From the NCBI RefSeq assembly GCF_000143415.4, contig NW_003314281.1, forward strand, positions 242,417-306,416: a DNA stretch of 64,000 bases, in the 5' to 3' direction. Numbering within the stretch: position 1 is the stretch's first letter; each line of letters begins with the position of its first letter. Source of the DNA: Selaginella moellendorffii. Taxonomy: Eukaryota > Plantae > Lycopodiophyta. Positions 61,709-64,000 of the stretch are shown piece after piece. The notes under the pieces were generated by a model. That model was not told the origin of the DNA, did not search any database, and saw only the letters and a list, made by a program, of their open reading frames with translations. The position numbers and the translations under genes were made by a program.

Positions 61709-63021
61709 ATGTATACATAAACAACAAATGCCAAAAAATTATACACATTATATGAAGAAGAAGATGTAGTTATTTTAAGGCAATTTACTAAAGTATATTT
61801 ATTGTTAAAATATATTATATTCAATTAATTTAGTAAATAAAATATAAATTATTTAATATAATACATTTATAGTTTAATTAGTATTAATTATATAAATTTA
61901 CCTTATTAATTCACTGATATAATTCAAGTTTATATTTATTTAATAAAAATGATATTTTAAATAATTTTAAGCAGCATCAAATAAACACATCATTTTATAA
62001 ATTTATATTTTTGAGAAGTAAAGCTAGACTATTAATCTAATATATTATTTAAAAAAGAGAAACTAAGAAAAAAACTGCAATAAGAGATTAAAAACTATTT
62101 TTGATTTATTGTATTCAAATAGTTTTTTAAGTTTTATATTATGATTTGTGGCTGAAATTTTAATCTTTAATAACTAATTAAAGAGAAATAAACATAGAAA
62201 GTAGAGCTTTTATAATAAATATAACTTTGAAAGTAAATTTTTTTATTTACATATAAAGTTTTTTTAAGTTATCCTTAATGAGATATTTTGAAGTGTTTTT
62301 ATTAAATATATACTAACTACTTTATCATTTTCTAATATATTTAATTTAAAAAATTTACAATAAAATTTTGATCTATTACTGTAATCCAATATTATTGATA
62401 GAGTTGAGTTTACCTTCATAATTATGACAAATTGCCAATGCTAAGTCTTGGGATCAATATTTAACTAGCATTCTTCCACTTGTGGGACAATAATAGCACA
62501 ACTCCCATCATCATTCATTTGTAATGTATAAAATGGACAATTTGATATTAATCCATTTTCCCAATTTTACAGTATATAATTTATTTAAGCAGCTTCTTGT
62601 TCAGTGGCAGGGACCATATCATGTGTTATAGCAAGTTGAACCATAAGTTATGAGATTTAGCATGACATTCAACAAATTAATCCTCCAAAAATTGTGCATG
62701 TGCAAAGTTAAAACACTTTATACAAAGGGATAAAAAACAATTAATATCAACTATAGATTCAATAGTGCCTCCTTCTGATGTTCTTCTAGATCCCAACTTG
62801 TCAACCAAAGAACCTTGACTACTTTCCATCCTCCTGAGAGGAGGGGATGTTGTGAGGTCTAAATGTATGGTTACGATATCGTATACTAATATTAATGGAA
62901 CTTTTGATAACTATCAGATTGGTTTTAATTTGGACCACTCACTTCTATATATAAGCTAAGGCTTTTCGGCTAATTCATATACACATTTTTGTATTACATT
63001 TCCATATCCCATGCACTCACA
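61492..63021 (+). mobile_element. Two related ~172-bp LTRs (61492-61666 inside a (TA)n tract; 62851-63021 after an integrase remnant and PPT)
   Basis: Both start TGTGAG, end CTCACA or CTTATA, and share an internal TATATAAG. PPT GAGAGGAGGGGA precedes the second. Confidence 0.75.
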
Positions 63022-64000
63022 ACTCACTAATATATTAATAAGAATTTGGATAAAGAATTGTACTAAAGTGCATAATACTTTATTTCACTTTCCATTTTAA
63101 GCCTCTAAAATTGCTTGTATAGAAATTACTATTCTTTCCATATAACCTCTTTGAAAGCTAGTGAATATCATGGATTTATAGCAAATTTCCTCATATGACT
63201 CAAATATATCTTGTAAAAGTTTATGTCACATTATGCTTTGTCATATCCAACAGAATGCTTTATTACAAGAATTAGAAAAAATTTCCATCACAATTGAAAT
63301 CATCTTTTACATAAGGCTTCTTTATGAGTAATATAATGAACACCAATTAAACATGGATTCTTTTGATGTATTTATTTTAAAACTCTACATTGTGCCCAAA
63401 TATAGACTACATCCATCAATAGCAAGTGCTAGATCTAGGTTCAAGCCAATTACAACTTTTAAGGCTGTAAATATAAAATCATTCCTTAGTCTAATAGGTA
63501 TACTTAGATGAATGTAAACTTTAAAACACATCAAAAATCTAGTAAAGTGTTTTTTAGTGCTTTCATTGCACACGATAGAATAAACCAGGATTGTACTCTT
63601 GAGTTCTTGGATTATATGGCACTGATGATTTTGCTCACCTATGCCTCCATCCACTTTCTTGGTAATTATCTTGATGTAGCTCAAGACCTACAAATGGTAT
63701 TTTGTTGTTTCCTCATCTTCTACTAGTTGCATTGGCTCGTCGATTAGCTGCTTGCCTCTTCCTTTAATGTGTTGAGCTAGCTCCTCTATGAAGCTTCAGA
63801 CTACTAGCTTTCTCAGCTGATTTGCGGCCTTGTGAATGAAGGTGCAGCTAACCTTGACTTTGTAGTGTTGCTGCAGCATTTGCTGTTGTTGTGGTTGCCT
63901 CATCTCGCTATATTGATTGGCTGAGAGTGTGTCACTATCAGATGCATAGGTGGACTAAAGAAGACTAAGCCCGTACTCCTCCTAGACTTTCTTTTGTAGC

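Noticed and set aside
63385-64000. Minus-strand coding-like stretch at the window end
   Set aside because: Multiple stops and no identifiable domain; probably TE or pseudogene debris.

Overview
Eukaryotic, compact land-plant DNA. The ~50-70 nt introns, PLS-PPR fragment and self-priming chromovirus suggest a lycophyte such as Selaginella (inference). There are two sharply separated compartments. (1) 1-17 kb is gene-dense: 3' end of an unknown gene, GT47/exostosin (ARAD-like), isochorismatase/nicotinamidase-like hydrolase, calmodulin-like EF-hand protein, a multi-exon Patched-type RND/sterol-sensing transporter, INO80D/KANSL2-like zf-C3Hc3H protein, intronless kinase, small putative mitochondrial protein, GPR107/LUSTR 7TM protein and ORC5. 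(2) ~17-59.5 kb is a nested retroelement block: old and young copies of a non-coding LTR element (LARD-like), TRIMs, a 5S-rRNA-carrying Cassandra-like solo LTR, a tRNA-iMet-primed Gypsy, and a rearranged Tcn1/Tf1-like chromovirus with a self-priming PBS and a GGGAAAC -1 frameshift site. An Ole e 1/extensin-like gene (split by a 100-N gap) and further LTR debris follow. The most notable item is the Patched-like (not NPC1-like) gene, which keeps its DD/E acidic triad and is packed almost without intergenic space against an atypical calmodulin-like gene. All calls come from reading the sequence by eye; no searches were run.
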